Shown: positions 7,195 to 14,792, numbered from the stretch's first letter. The stretch: 41,408 bases of DNA from an uncultured Lachnospiraceae bacterium (GCA_964519075.1 CAZFJJ010000001.1:1-41408), one strand, 5' to 3'. Translations and numbers: made by a program. The notes: a model not told the origin generated them from the sequence alone.

Positions 7195-8294
7195 GCAGGC
7201 GCGGCGGTCTTGACGGAGTAATTCCACCCCGCAAATCCCGAGGTGACGATGGCGGTGGTGTCGGCATCGATCTCGTATCGACCGTACACGCCGTCGTTGA
7301 AGGGAACGATCATCATCAGCAGATTCAGCGGAAAGAGCTGACCGCCGTGGGTGTGCCCCGACAGCAGCAGATCGGTGCCGATCTTGCCGTTTTCGGCGTA
7401 CTCGTTGGGCTGATGATCCAGCGTCAGTACGAAATCGTCCGTGTCCACCGTGGCAAACAGTTCTTCGAGACTCGCTCTGCCGCCGTTGCCGAAGCGGTCG
7501 GCGCTTCGATCCTCCCGCCCTACCAGCACGAAGTCCTCGGTGATCTGCACCACCTCGTCGTCAATGATCTTGATGCCGTTTTCGGTGATGGTGTTCAGCA
7601 GATCCTCCGTGGTGTAGGTGTAACTGTCGTAGGAGAAGGGGCGGTCGTGATTGCCGTGAACGTAGTAGGTGCCAAACTCGCTCTCCAGCGTGCCCAGCGC
7701 GCGGTAGACCTCTCGCATCTGCTCGCCCGTGGTAGAGCCGTCGATCACGTCACCGCAAAGGATGACGATATCGGGATCGGCAGCGTTGATCTCCTCGCAT
7801 TTTGCCAATAGTTCGTCATAATCCAGCGAAACCCCGTAGTGAATGTCAGCAAGCAAGGCGATGCGATAGCCCTCTGCGCGGATATTCTTCTCGGTGTGGA
7901 TCGTATAGCTTGTCTGCACCACGTTATGCAGATTAAAGTAGCCACCGATGAGGATCACAGCCGTCAGCAGGATCGGGATCGCGCCGCTTCCGTAGATCTT
8001 CCTCCAGACCGAGCATACCTTCTCGCTCCGCTTCAAAAAGAGCTTTCGCATAGCGAAGTTGATGGGATGCATCAGCACGGCGAGCATAAACACGTGCAGG
8101 ATCACCACGGCGGCTTCTCCCATAATGTCGGTGGAGAACCATCCCAGCACCAGTGCGACAGCACCGATAGCGATCTTAAGCCATCGTTTTTCGGTCGGTG
8201 CGCCGAAGGTTTTCAGTAACCGATGCAGGAAAAAGTAGAAATAGGCGGAAATGCCCAGAATAACGGGAAGCAAAAAGAGTTGTAAATGTCCCAT
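7161..8294 (-). CDS. Membrane-anchored metallophosphoesterase (calcineurin-like, YkuE/YaeI-type).
   Basis: N-terminal TM helices followed by motifs LLADIHYG, CGDVIDG, GNHD and GHTHGGQ. Confidence 0.85.
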   Translation of the reverse strand: MGHLQLFLLPVILGISAYFYFFLHRLLKTFGAPTEKRWLKIAIGAVALVLGWFSTDIMGEAAVVILHVFMLAVLMHPINFAMRKLFLKRSEKVCSVWRKIYGSGAIPILLTAVILIGGYFNLHNVVQTSYTIHTEKNIRAEGYRIALLADIHYGVSLDYDELLAKCEEINAADPDIVILCGDVIDGSTTGEQMREVYRALGTLESEFGTYYVHGNHDRPFSYDSYTYTTEDLLNTITENGIKIIDDEVVQITEDFVLVGREDRSADRFGNGGRASLEELFATVDTDDFVLTLDHQPNEYAENGKIGTDLLLSGHTHGGQLFPLNLLMMIVPFNDGVYGRYEIDADTTAIVTSGFAGWNYSVKTAAPAEYVIIDVVGE

Positions 8295-8328
8295 AAATTA
8301 CCTCGTGATAGTGGTCAGATTTCAGATT

Positions 8329-8997
8329 TTAATTCAGCCCAAGTATCGTAAATCGATTTCGTTCCGCCTTCAGGATTCCCTCTCGGCGCAGCTTGCTGAT
8401 CTCGGCAGAGAGCCCGCTTCGCTCCACTTCCAAATAATCGGCCAGCTCCTGTCTGTCGTAAGGAATCTCGAACTCGGCAGAGCCTCGCTTCTTCGCCTCG
8501 CTTAGCAGATACGCGATCAGCTTCTCTCTGGTGGTACGGGCAGAGGTGATCTCGATCTTCTGATGAAACACCAGATTTTTCCTCGCCACCACCCGCATCA
8601 GATTGTAGACCATCTGAAAATGAAATGCGCAGGCGTTACTGCAGGAGCTGACGATCCGTCGGCAGTCGATGAGGAGCACCTCGCAATCCTCACTTGCCAC
8701 CACGTCCACAGGGATCGACTCTACCTCTGCGCAGGCGAAGGTCTCGCCGAACAACTCGTTAGGTGCGATACCAGCCACGATGGTGCGGTTGCCGAAATAG
8801 TCTACTCGTACCACCTGCACTGCACCTGACAGCACGATACCGATGTATTGCGCCACATCTCCTTCGGCGAAGATGACTTCCTTTTTCTCATACCGTCTTA
8901 CCGTCGCACCCAGACATCCCAGCATAGCGGACAGATTTTCGCCGTCGATGCCGTCAAAAAGGGGACAGTTTCGTAGGATCTCAAAATATTTTTTCAT
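8329..8997 (-). CDS. Crp/Fnr family transcriptional regulator.
   Basis: 222 aa with an N-terminal cNMP-binding-like beta-barrel (FAEGD..., LFGE) and a C-terminal HTH (RQELADYLEVERSGLSAEISKLRREG). There is no FNR-type N-terminal Cys cluster. Confidence 0.88.
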   Translation of the reverse strand: MKKYFEILRNCPLFDGIDGENLSAMLGCLGATVRRYEKKEVIFAEGDVAQYIGIVLSGAVQVVRVDYFGNRTIVAGIAPNELFGETFACAEVESIPVDVVASEDCEVLLIDCRRIVSSCSNACAFHFQMVYNLMRVVARKNLVFHQKIEITSARTTREKLIAYLLSEAKKRGSAEFEIPYDRQELADYLEVERSGLSAEISKLRREGILKAERNRFTILGLN

Positions 8998-9009
8998 ATA
9001 CGCTCCGTT

Positions 9010-9025
9010 TGTTGAAATTTCAACA
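9010..9025. promoter_or_regulatory. Perfect 16-bp palindrome TGTTGAAATTTCAACA; candidate operator of the adjacent Crp/Fnr regulator.
   Basis: It has the 5-N6-5 architecture of the CRP box TGTGA-N6-TCACA. The centre lies about 41.5 nt upstream of the TSS predicted from TATAAT at 9047-9052, and 13 nt upstream of the divergent crp-like ATG. Confidence 0.55.
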
Positions 9026-9046
9026 GACTTTCTGCTGTCATTATAC

Positions 9047-9052
9047 TATAAT
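9047..9052 (+). promoter_or_regulatory. -10 hexamer TATAAT for the 9091 operon. There is no good -35, which fits an activator-dependent promoter.
   Basis: ttatacTATAATag. An alternative TATACT lies at 9042-9047. Confidence 0.45.
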
Positions 9053-9090
9053 AGCCACGTAAAGTCAAGTAGTACACGGAGGAATCAAAG

Positions 9091-9810
9091 ATGAAACGCA
9101 AAATAATCAAAATAGACGAAGAAAAGTGCATCGGATGTGCCGCCTGTGCGGACGCCTGCCATGAAGGCGCCATTGAAATGATCAACGGTAAAGCGAAGCT
9201 GACCCGCGAGGATTATTGCGACGGTCTGGGCGATTGCCTGCCCGCCTGTCCCGTGGATGCCATCACCTTTGAGGAAAGGGAAGCGCCCGCCTACGACGAA
9301 GCGGCGGTGCTCGCTGCCAAAGCAGCCAAGGAAGCCAATGCTGCAAACCAAACGAAAGCGGCGCCTCTGCCCTGTGGATGCCCCGGCTCCGCCACCCGTT
9401 CCATTCATCGGGAGAATCAACCGATCGCTCCTGTGTCGCCCGTGCTCGGTCAGCTTTTCAACTGGCCCATCCAGATCAAGCTGGTGCCCTTCAACGCACC
9501 CTATTTGGACGGTTCCCATCTTCTGATTGCCGCTGACTGCACTGCCTACGCCTACGGAAACTTCCATAACGAGTTCATCCGCGGTAAGGTGACGCTGATC
9601 GGCTGTCCTAAGCTGGACGAGGTCGATTATGCCGAGAAGCTGACGCGGATCATCCGTGATAACGACGTGCAGAGCGTCACCGTCACCCGTATGCAGGTGC
9701 CCTGTTGCGGTGGACTGGAGAACGCCGTCAAGCGCGCGTTGCAGGCAAGCGGCAAGTTCATCCCATGGCGGGTGGTTACCATCTCCGCCGACGGCAGAAT
9801 CTTAAACTGA
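9091..9810 (+). CDS. 4Fe-4S dicluster-domain protein with a Cys-rich C-terminal domain of unknown function.
   Basis: CIGCAACADAC plus CDGLGDCLPACP ferredoxin motifs, then CGCPG, ADC, GCPKLD and VPCCGGL. GGAGG RBS. Confidence 0.8.
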   Translation: MKRKIIKIDEEKCIGCAACADACHEGAIEMINGKAKLTREDYCDGLGDCLPACPVDAITFEEREAPAYDEAAVLAAKAAKEANAANQTKAAPLPCGCPGSATRSIHRENQPIAPVSPVLGQLFNWPIQIKLVPFNAPYLDGSHLLIAADCTAYAYGNFHNEFIRGKVTLIGCPKLDEVDYAEKLTRIIRDNDVQSVTVTRMQVPCCGGLENAVKRALQASGKFIPWRVVTISADGRILN

Positions 9811-9821
9811 AGAGGCAGTTT

Positions 9822-10337
9822 ATGGAACCCAACGACATCAACGCCATGCGAGACCAATTGACCGGTGCGCTCATCGGGCTTGCCCGTGCCACCGAAGGAA
9901 ACGAGGATCTGATGACCGTAGATACGGTATCGGCGATCATAGAAGGACTTGCCGCCACCGCCGACGGCGCAGATAGCGGCATCCAAACCCTTGCCGATCT
10001 GCTTGCCCGCGTGACAAACCAGAAGCGGAAGCTGATCCCCCTGTGTTTCGACTGCGCCGCTCCGTGCGGGCGCAATAACGACTACGATCTGCGCGATCTG
10101 CAAAGCGCCGATCCGGAGGCGCGGGCGATCCGATGGCAGATCCTTGCCCACGTTCGCGGCATCGCCGTGTGTATTCGTTCAGCATCGAGTGATGGTGAGA
10201 TCGCCCCCGAGATCACCGATCTGCTGATCCGCGGGTTGATCACGGTCGGTATCGATTTTTGGGGGATCGAAAAGCTCCGCTCCGTAGCGTCGGAGACCGA
10301 AGCGGCATACCGCCGCTGTATCGGCGGTCGGGCGTAG
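9822..10337 (+). CDS. Hypothetical helical protein, 171 aa, with a CFDCAAPC (C-x2-C-x3-C) motif.
   Basis: ATG at 9822 lies 11 nt after the upstream stop, with an AGAGG RBS. There is a faint resemblance to the N-terminal helical domain of hybrid-cluster/prismane proteins; this is from memory and low certainty. Confidence 0.6.
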   Translation: MEPNDINAMRDQLTGALIGLARATEGNEDLMTVDTVSAIIEGLAATADGADSGIQTLADLLARVTNQKRKLIPLCFDCAAPCGRNNDYDLRDLQSADPEARAIRWQILAHVRGIAVCIRSASSDGEIAPEITDLLIRGLITVGIDFWGIEKLRSVASETEAAYRRCIGGRA

Positions 10338-10349
10338 CCGCTTGACCTA

Positions 10350-10379
10350 TTGACAAATCGGTGCGTTTTCCTGTATAAT
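10350..10379 (+). promoter_or_regulatory. Promoter of the TIGR04076-like gene.
   Basis: TTGACA-18 nt-TATAAT. Confidence 0.55.
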
Positions 10380-10411
10380 AGTGGCAGAAGAACGAAAGCA
10401 GGTGATCCCCA

Positions 10412-10729
10412 ATGAAAAAAGTGAAAATAACCGTCATGCGCATGGCGTGCTATCCCGATCTGATGGCTCTCTACGAGAACCCTATCGAACACGCCTGCGA
10501 CATGACCGAAGGGCAGGTGTTCATCGCAAGCGTCGGGGAGAAGCCCGAGGGGATGTGCGACAGCGCGTGGGAGACCATGTCCGCCTTCGTGCTGACCCTC
10601 TCCCACGGCGGCGGCGATTTCTACGACGGCTGGATGAAGAACCCGAGGTCTGCCATGATCTCCTGCAACGACGGCTTCCGCCCCGTCAGCTTTCTCTTGG
10701 AAGCGATGGAGGAAGAAGCGGAAGAATAG
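10412..10729 (+). CDS. TIGR04076-family small Cys-containing protein, 105 aa.
   Basis: MKKVKITVMR...CYPDL...GQVF...PEGMCDSAW...GGG.F...WMK...ISCNDGFRPVSF matches my recollection of the TIGR04076 pattern. It has its own promoter and terminator. Confidence 0.65.
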   Translation: MKKVKITVMRMACYPDLMALYENPIEHACDMTEGQVFIASVGEKPEGMCDSAWETMSAFVLTLSHGGGDFYDGWMKNPRSAMISCNDGFRPVSFLLEAMEEEAEE

Positions 10730-10732
10730 GAC

Positions 10733-10767
10733 AAAACCTGCAAGGAGCCGATTCCTTGCAGGTTTTT
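10733..10767 (+). terminator. Rho-independent terminator of the TIGR04076-like gene.
   Basis: AACCTGCAAGGA-gccgat-TCCTTGCAGGTT followed by TTTTT. Confidence 0.85.
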
Positions 10768-10773
10768 AATTTC

Positions 10774-11035
10774 GTGCGCTCGGCAAGCGTTACAACTTGG
10801 CGGTGAAAGTCTGCTACAGACTTGGCAGTTGAAACTGTTAGCTAAGGGCAAGGGCGTCCATCGTTAGGTGGAGTCTGAAGGAAACCGGAGGTAAAACCTC
10901 GCTGTGGCAGACGAACACGACTTTAGTATAATCAGAAAGTTCAGTGTGAATCAGCTTGCAGACGATCTCACAAGAACCTGCGATAGGAACAGAGATGCGG
11001 AAAGAAGCGACGAGTGGCTGATCTTCAACCGGCGG
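10774..11035 (+). mobile_element. Class C (IIC) group II intron, 5' fragment (domain I only). No RT ORF and no domain V.
   Basis: Starts GTGCG 10 nt after a terminator stem. The blocks GGTGAAAGTC, ACTGTTAGCTAAGGGCAAGGGCGTCC, GGTGGAGTCTGAAGGAAACCGGAGGTAAAACC and GACGAACACGACTTTAGTAT are colinear with domain I of the Oceanobacillus iheyensis IIC intron as I remember it. The 3' boundary is approximate. Confidence 0.7.
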
Positions 11036-11161
11036 CCTATCATAAATGAATGACCGTGCAGTATACTCATAGGGCTTACCGTCTATCAACACGAGGATTT
11101 CACCCAGTGGCGTGAAAAGATTGGATGGGAAAATCAAATCGTGGATCATAGGCTCTGTCAT
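10838..11161 (-). pseudogene. Probable chimeric or truncated ORF. About 42 plausible N-terminal codons (MTEPMIHDLIFPSNLFTPLGEILVLIDGKPYEY...) run into antisense intron sequence.
   Basis: ATG at 11161 with a GGAGAAAG RBS. The last ~66 codons (10838-11035) are the reverse complement of the intron fragment. Confidence 0.4.
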
Positions 11162-11276
11162 ATTCTTTCTCCATACGGAATGTATTTTTTTATTATATCC
11201 AATCCTCCCTCCCTTGTCAATCCTGCTTTTTCTCGCGCAGCACATAATTTCTATGCGGATAAAAACCAAAAAACTA

Positions 11277-11305
11277 TTGCAAAATCCGTCAATCTATGGT
11301 ATACT
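11277..11305 (+). promoter_or_regulatory. Promoter of the SGNH lipoprotein gene.
   Basis: TTGCAA-17 nt-TATACT with a TGg extended -10. It is followed by a leader hairpin CTGCAGTC...GACTGCAG. Confidence 0.55.
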
Positions 11306-11376
11306 CATATCAACGACTCTGCAGTCGGTTTTGCTCCGCGTGAGCAAGACTGCAGCGAATGGAAAGGAATTGACCT

Positions 11377-12597
11377 ATGAAACGACTGATCGCACTCCTG
11401 ATGGCGGGCGCAATGCTGCTCCTGCCCACCCTCACCGGCTGTTCCGACGGCGAGAGTGAAGATACCGCTGCTGTCACCACGCCCGTGGTAACCGACGCTC
11501 CCGCTGACCTTCCTACCGATCCCAAGGACGCTACCTACGACAGCATTACGCTGGGCGGTGTGGCGCTGTCCGAATTCAAGATCGTTTACGCCCCCGACGA
11601 GTTCACGCAGGCAAAAAAGAGCTACCGCAACAGCTTCCAGTACGGCGAGACCCACTACGACAAGCTGATCGCTACCGAGCTGGCGACGGTGCTGTATAAT
11701 ATGACCGGTGTGTCCCTCCCCGTAGTTGCCGACACCGAGGCGGAGTCTGCAAATGAGATTCTGATCGGCGAGACCAATCGCACACAGTCTTCCGAGAATA
11801 TTCCCACGACAAGCAGAACCGAAACCTATCAGATCGCCATGAAGGACGGCAAGCTGTGCATCAACGGCGTCATCGCAGGTGCCACCTACCACGCGTTGGA
11901 CGCCCTCTACGCTGAGTTTGCAAGTCAGAACAGCAAGAGCGTTAGCCTTGCGGCAGATTACTCTATGAGTGCAAGAGCCGATCTGATCACCGTTGCCTGC
12001 ATCGGCGACAGCATCACCGAGGGAGCCGGCTGCTCCAACGGCACGTATTGCTCTTATCCCGCTATCCTCCAGCGGATTCTGTGGAAGGACTATATCATTA
12101 TCAACTACGGTGTCAGCGGTAAAACCATGCGAGAGGATCTGGCAGACGCTTACATCAATACAAGCGCCTACACGAATATGCTCCGCAACGCGAGTAAGGC
12201 CGATATTACCCTCATCATGCTGGGCACCAACGACTCTAACCGTGATCAGAACTGGAACGCCAATTCCACCGCTCTGTTCGAGGAAGGCTACCGCAATCTG
12301 CTGAACGCGATCCAAAAGAAGAATGCCGATATGACCTACTTCATGATGAACTGTCCGATTTACAGCGGAAACGGTGCTTTCGGCAGCAAGACGGTACGCG
12401 ATCTGCAGAGACAGCTGACCGATACGCTGGTGGACGAGGGCTGGGATCTCCACTTCTTTGATATGTACACCTACACTAAGGACGTGGTAACGCTGGCCAA
12501 TTTCCCCGACGGACTTCATCCCGGTGACAAGGGCTACGGAATCCTGGCAAACGGCGTTGCCGAAATGCTGGAAGAGTATAGAGCCTCTCTGAACTGA
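11377..12597 (+). CDS. Secreted lipoprotein with a C-terminal SGNH/GDSL hydrolase (carbohydrate esterase-like) domain.
   Basis: Lipobox LTGC after a hydrophobic signal. GDSL block ACIGDSITEG, then GVSG, GTNDS and DGLHP blocks. Confidence 0.85.
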   Translation: MKRLIALLMAGAMLLLPTLTGCSDGESEDTAAVTTPVVTDAPADLPTDPKDATYDSITLGGVALSEFKIVYAPDEFTQAKKSYRNSFQYGETHYDKLIATELATVLYNMTGVSLPVVADTEAESANEILIGETNRTQSSENIPTTSRTETYQIAMKDGKLCINGVIAGATYHALDALYAEFASQNSKSVSLAADYSMSARADLITVACIGDSITEGAGCSNGTYCSYPAILQRILWKDYIIINYGVSGKTMREDLADAYINTSAYTNMLRNASKADITLIMLGTNDSNRDQNWNANSTALFEEGYRNLLNAIQKKNADMTYFMMNCPIYSGNGAFGSKTVRDLQRQLTDTLVDEGWDLHFFDMYTYTKDVVTLANFPDGLHPGDKGYGILANGVAEMLEEYRASLN

Positions 12598-12639
12598 AAT
12601 CTAAAAGAACCATCCGAAGCGGATGGTTCTTTTAGATTT
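12597..12639. terminator. Bidirectional terminator with a 20-bp perfect stem.
   Basis: AAATCTAAAAGAACCATCCG-aag-CGGATGGTTCTTTTAGATTT. Confidence 0.85.
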
Positions 12640-12736
12640 CATCGGTTGGCAAGAATCGCGTCGATCTCGGTAAGCTCTTCGGCAGTGAAGCTCATGTTTT
12701 CCGGAGCCTTCACGTTTTCCTTCACCTGCTCGTTTT

Positions 12737-13753
12737 TTAGCCGCCCAGAGCGGTGATCCGTCCGTCCAGCTCAGCCAGCTCCTCCTCGGTGACGAACCGC
12801 ATCTTGGTGCCTGCCCCCAGATCAACGGCAATGCCTTTGGACAGCGCTCCGTCCAGCGTCTGGATCCATGCGTAGAGATAGACCAGCAGCGACTGCTCCA
12901 GCAGATGATAGCTGGTGGAGTTTGCGGTTATGTTCTGATATTGAATCAGATCCTGCAGACGTTCTACCTGTTCGGCGGTGGGAAGCGCCCGCTCCTCCAC
13001 CGTCGCGCCGTCCAAGAGATCGAGCAACGCCCGGGAGGTGCCGCCCGCCACGCCCAGCGGACGGTAGCGGACGTAGCCGGTGCAGGCGGAGCCCGAGCCG
13101 ATCAGCTTGCAGTAGGAGGTCTCGTCGTCGCCCGCAAAGTAAAGCAGTCCCGCCGCGTACGCCGCGTGAGAGGTGGAATACTGCGTGCCCGAACCCTCAA
13201 ACTCATAGTGATCGGTCTGCCACAGGGGCGCGTCGGCGTATACGGAAGGCGAAATAGCGGCGGGATCGAAGTCCTCCCCGGCGACCACCGTTTCCACGGC
13301 AACCGGCACTAATGCCTGTTCATTCAGTATAGCGGCTGCGTTCAACGCCTCGGACAGGGCGGACAGATCGTTTCCGCTGGCGGTATCGGACAGTGCGGTG
13401 GGAACCACCTCCACATAAAAGGTTGCGCTGGTGAGGATCTCCTCGCCTGCGGTCAGACAGATCTCGGCGTGCACGCAGCCCGCGCAGGTCAGCATCTCAC
13501 GTGGGAAGGTCAGATAGACCCAGCAGCTCTCGAAGGGAAGCTCGGCCAGAACGAAGTGTCCGTCGGGCTTCAGCGCCCGCAGCAGTATGCTGACCCCGTC
13601 GGGGATCGGATAGTTTTCACCGTTCTCCTGCAGGGTGATCTGCACCCTGCGGGTGTTGTCCTCCTGCTTGGCGTAGACGGTCAGATCGGAGCGCTTGCCC
13701 GGGATCGCTGATAGGTCCAGCGTCAGCTCGTCGGTATGTGCAAATGTACTCAT
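12737..13753 (-). CDS. Phage BppU-like baseplate/receptor-binding protein (BppU_N / DUF2479-type N-terminal domain).
   Basis: LTLDL...DLTVYAKQEDNTRRVQITLQENGENYPIPDGVSILLRALKPDGHFV...ATFYVEVVP follows the BppU N-domain pattern. AAAGGA RBS. Confidence 0.6.
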   Translation of the reverse strand: MSTFAHTDELTLDLSAIPGKRSDLTVYAKQEDNTRRVQITLQENGENYPIPDGVSILLRALKPDGHFVLAELPFESCWVYLTFPREMLTCAGCVHAEICLTAGEEILTSATFYVEVVPTALSDTASGNDLSALSEALNAAAILNEQALVPVAVETVVAGEDFDPAAISPSVYADAPLWQTDHYEFEGSGTQYSTSHAAYAAGLLYFAGDDETSYCKLIGSGSACTGYVRYRPLGVAGGTSRALLDLLDGATVEERALPTAEQVERLQDLIQYQNITANSTSYHLLEQSLLVYLYAWIQTLDGALSKGIAVDLGAGTKMRFVTEEELAELDGRITALGG

Positions 13754-13877
13754 TTTTTCATCCTTTCTGTATCAAATGATAGATATGCTTCGCAGATCCA
13801 TGATAGCACGGCGGGAGCGTATGAAACAGTTGCAATTCGTACGAACTTTTGCAGATTCGCAAATTTTTTCAAGTTGA

Positions 13878-13906
13878 TTGACAAAGCGGGGAAAATGTGC
13901 TATACT
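13878..13906 (+). promoter_or_regulatory. Near-consensus promoter upstream of the ECF S-component gene.
   Basis: TTGACA-17 nt-TATACT with a TGc extended -10. Confidence 0.65.
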
Positions 13907-13913
13907 GTAGCCA

Positions 13914-14140
13914 ATACTGCCGATCGTCGGCAAGTCAGAGGATCGGTATGCTGCTTTGTCCGGACGTTGGCAATTCCGATATTCCCTTGGAATATTCGGC
14001 ACGTTCGGCATAAGCGTGACCTTGTATGGCAGGGCGGGCAGGATGCGGGAGGATCGTTTCCGTGCGCCGTTTATCGTATTTATAGAACATTTTGCGTCGT
14101 ACCTGCACGGTGGCAGGACGGCAGTAAAGGAGCCAACATT
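13914..14140 (+). other. Leader of about 225 nt with several hairpins. Candidate cis-regulatory RNA (riboswitch-like) of unrecognised class.
   Basis: Outer pairing GCCAA...TTGGC encloses CCGATC...GATCGG. A second hairpin is CCGATATTCC-cttg-GGAATATTCGG. The G-rich stretch GGCAGGGCGGGCAGGATGCGGGAGG lies before the RBS AAAGGAG. Confidence 0.3.
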
Positions 14141-14749
14141 ATGAATCGAATTGCAAAACGTCATGAGCAGACCCGCAATATGGTGCTGGTCGCTATCTTG
14201 TCGGCGCTGGTCGTGGTATTTCAGGTCGTCAGTACGTTTATCAAGATCGGCCCCGTGTCCATCACGCTGACTCTGATCCCCGTGGTACTGGGCGGCTGTC
14301 TGCTGGGTAAAAAATGGGGCGCGATCCTGGGCTTCCTGTTCGGCGTAGTCGTGACCTTCTTCGTCCTCAACGGAACCGACGTGGGCGGGTATATGCTGTT
14401 CCAGGCCAATCCCTTCCTGACCGTTCTGCTTTGCCTTGGAAAGGGAAGTGCCGCAGGCTTTGTCGCTGCGCTGATCTACGGATGGTTGGAGAAGACGAAT
14501 CGTACGGTTGCCGTTACGGTAGCGGCAATGGTCGCTCCCGTGGTCAACACCGGCATCTTCGTGCTGGCAATGCTGCTGTTCTACCGCGATACGCTGACTG
14601 CGTGGGCAGGCGGATCGGACGTTGCCCTGTACGTTCTTACCGGACTTGCAGGCTGGAACTTCCTCGTTGAGTTTGCCGTTTCCGCAGTGCTGGCACCCAC
14701 GGTGGCGTCGGTTCTTCGGGTGACCGGTAAAAAGCCCCAAAATAAATAA
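14141..14749 (+). CDS. ECF transporter S component (substrate-capture subunit); substrate unknown.
   Basis: 202 aa with about 6 TM helices and an N-terminal TRNMVLVAILSAL block typical of S components. AAAGGAG RBS. No EcfA/EcfT genes are adjacent. Confidence 0.75.
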   Translation: MNRIAKRHEQTRNMVLVAILSALVVVFQVVSTFIKIGPVSITLTLIPVVLGGCLLGKKWGAILGFLFGVVVTFFVLNGTDVGGYMLFQANPFLTVLLCLGKGSAAGFVAALIYGWLEKTNRTVAVTVAAMVAPVVNTGIFVLAMLLFYRDTLTAWAGGSDVALYVLTGLAGWNFLVEFAVSAVLAPTVASVLRVTGKKPQNK

Positions 14750-14792
14750 TCTGCACTGCCATCCACCAACGGTTGGGGGCTTCTACGAAAAA

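Noticed and set aside
9822-10337. Calling the 171-aa protein a hybrid-cluster protein (Hcp) fragment.
   Set aside because: There is only a vague helical resemblance. It lacks the Hcp N-terminal Cys cluster and the two Rossmann-like domains. It is kept as hypothetical.
11036-11376. An ORF-less but complete group II intron extending to about 11300.
   Set aside because: No domain V-like hairpin (AGC triad stem with a GNRA loop and a CGTACGG-type 3' strand) and no domain VI bulged-A helix could be found. The sequence after about 11035 reads as coding on the opposite strand, followed by an AT-rich promoter region.
12639-12725. Micro-ORF (18 aa from ATG, 28 aa from GTG) downstream of the BppU-like gene.
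   Set aside because: It is too short and lacks a convincing RBS, so it cannot be called a feature. It is mentioned only as context in a finding.
13914-14140. Assigning the ECF leader to a known riboswitch class (FMN/RFN, TPP, THF, preQ1, SAM, cobalamin).
   Set aside because: I could not find the conserved cores by eye: no CTGAGA...ACCTGATCTGGATAATGCCAGCG for TPP, no GGGGCAGGGTGAAATTCCC for FMN, no B12 box, and no THF GAGTAG...GCATCCGCTC. It is therefore left as unclassified.
13736-14140. N-terminal 135-codon extension of the ECF S-component ORF (track ORF 13736-14749).
   Set aside because: The extension overlaps the divergent BppU-like start and the consensus promoter. It has no RBS and a non-protein-like composition. 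The ATG at 14141 has an AAAGGAG RBS and starts the typical S-component N-terminus.
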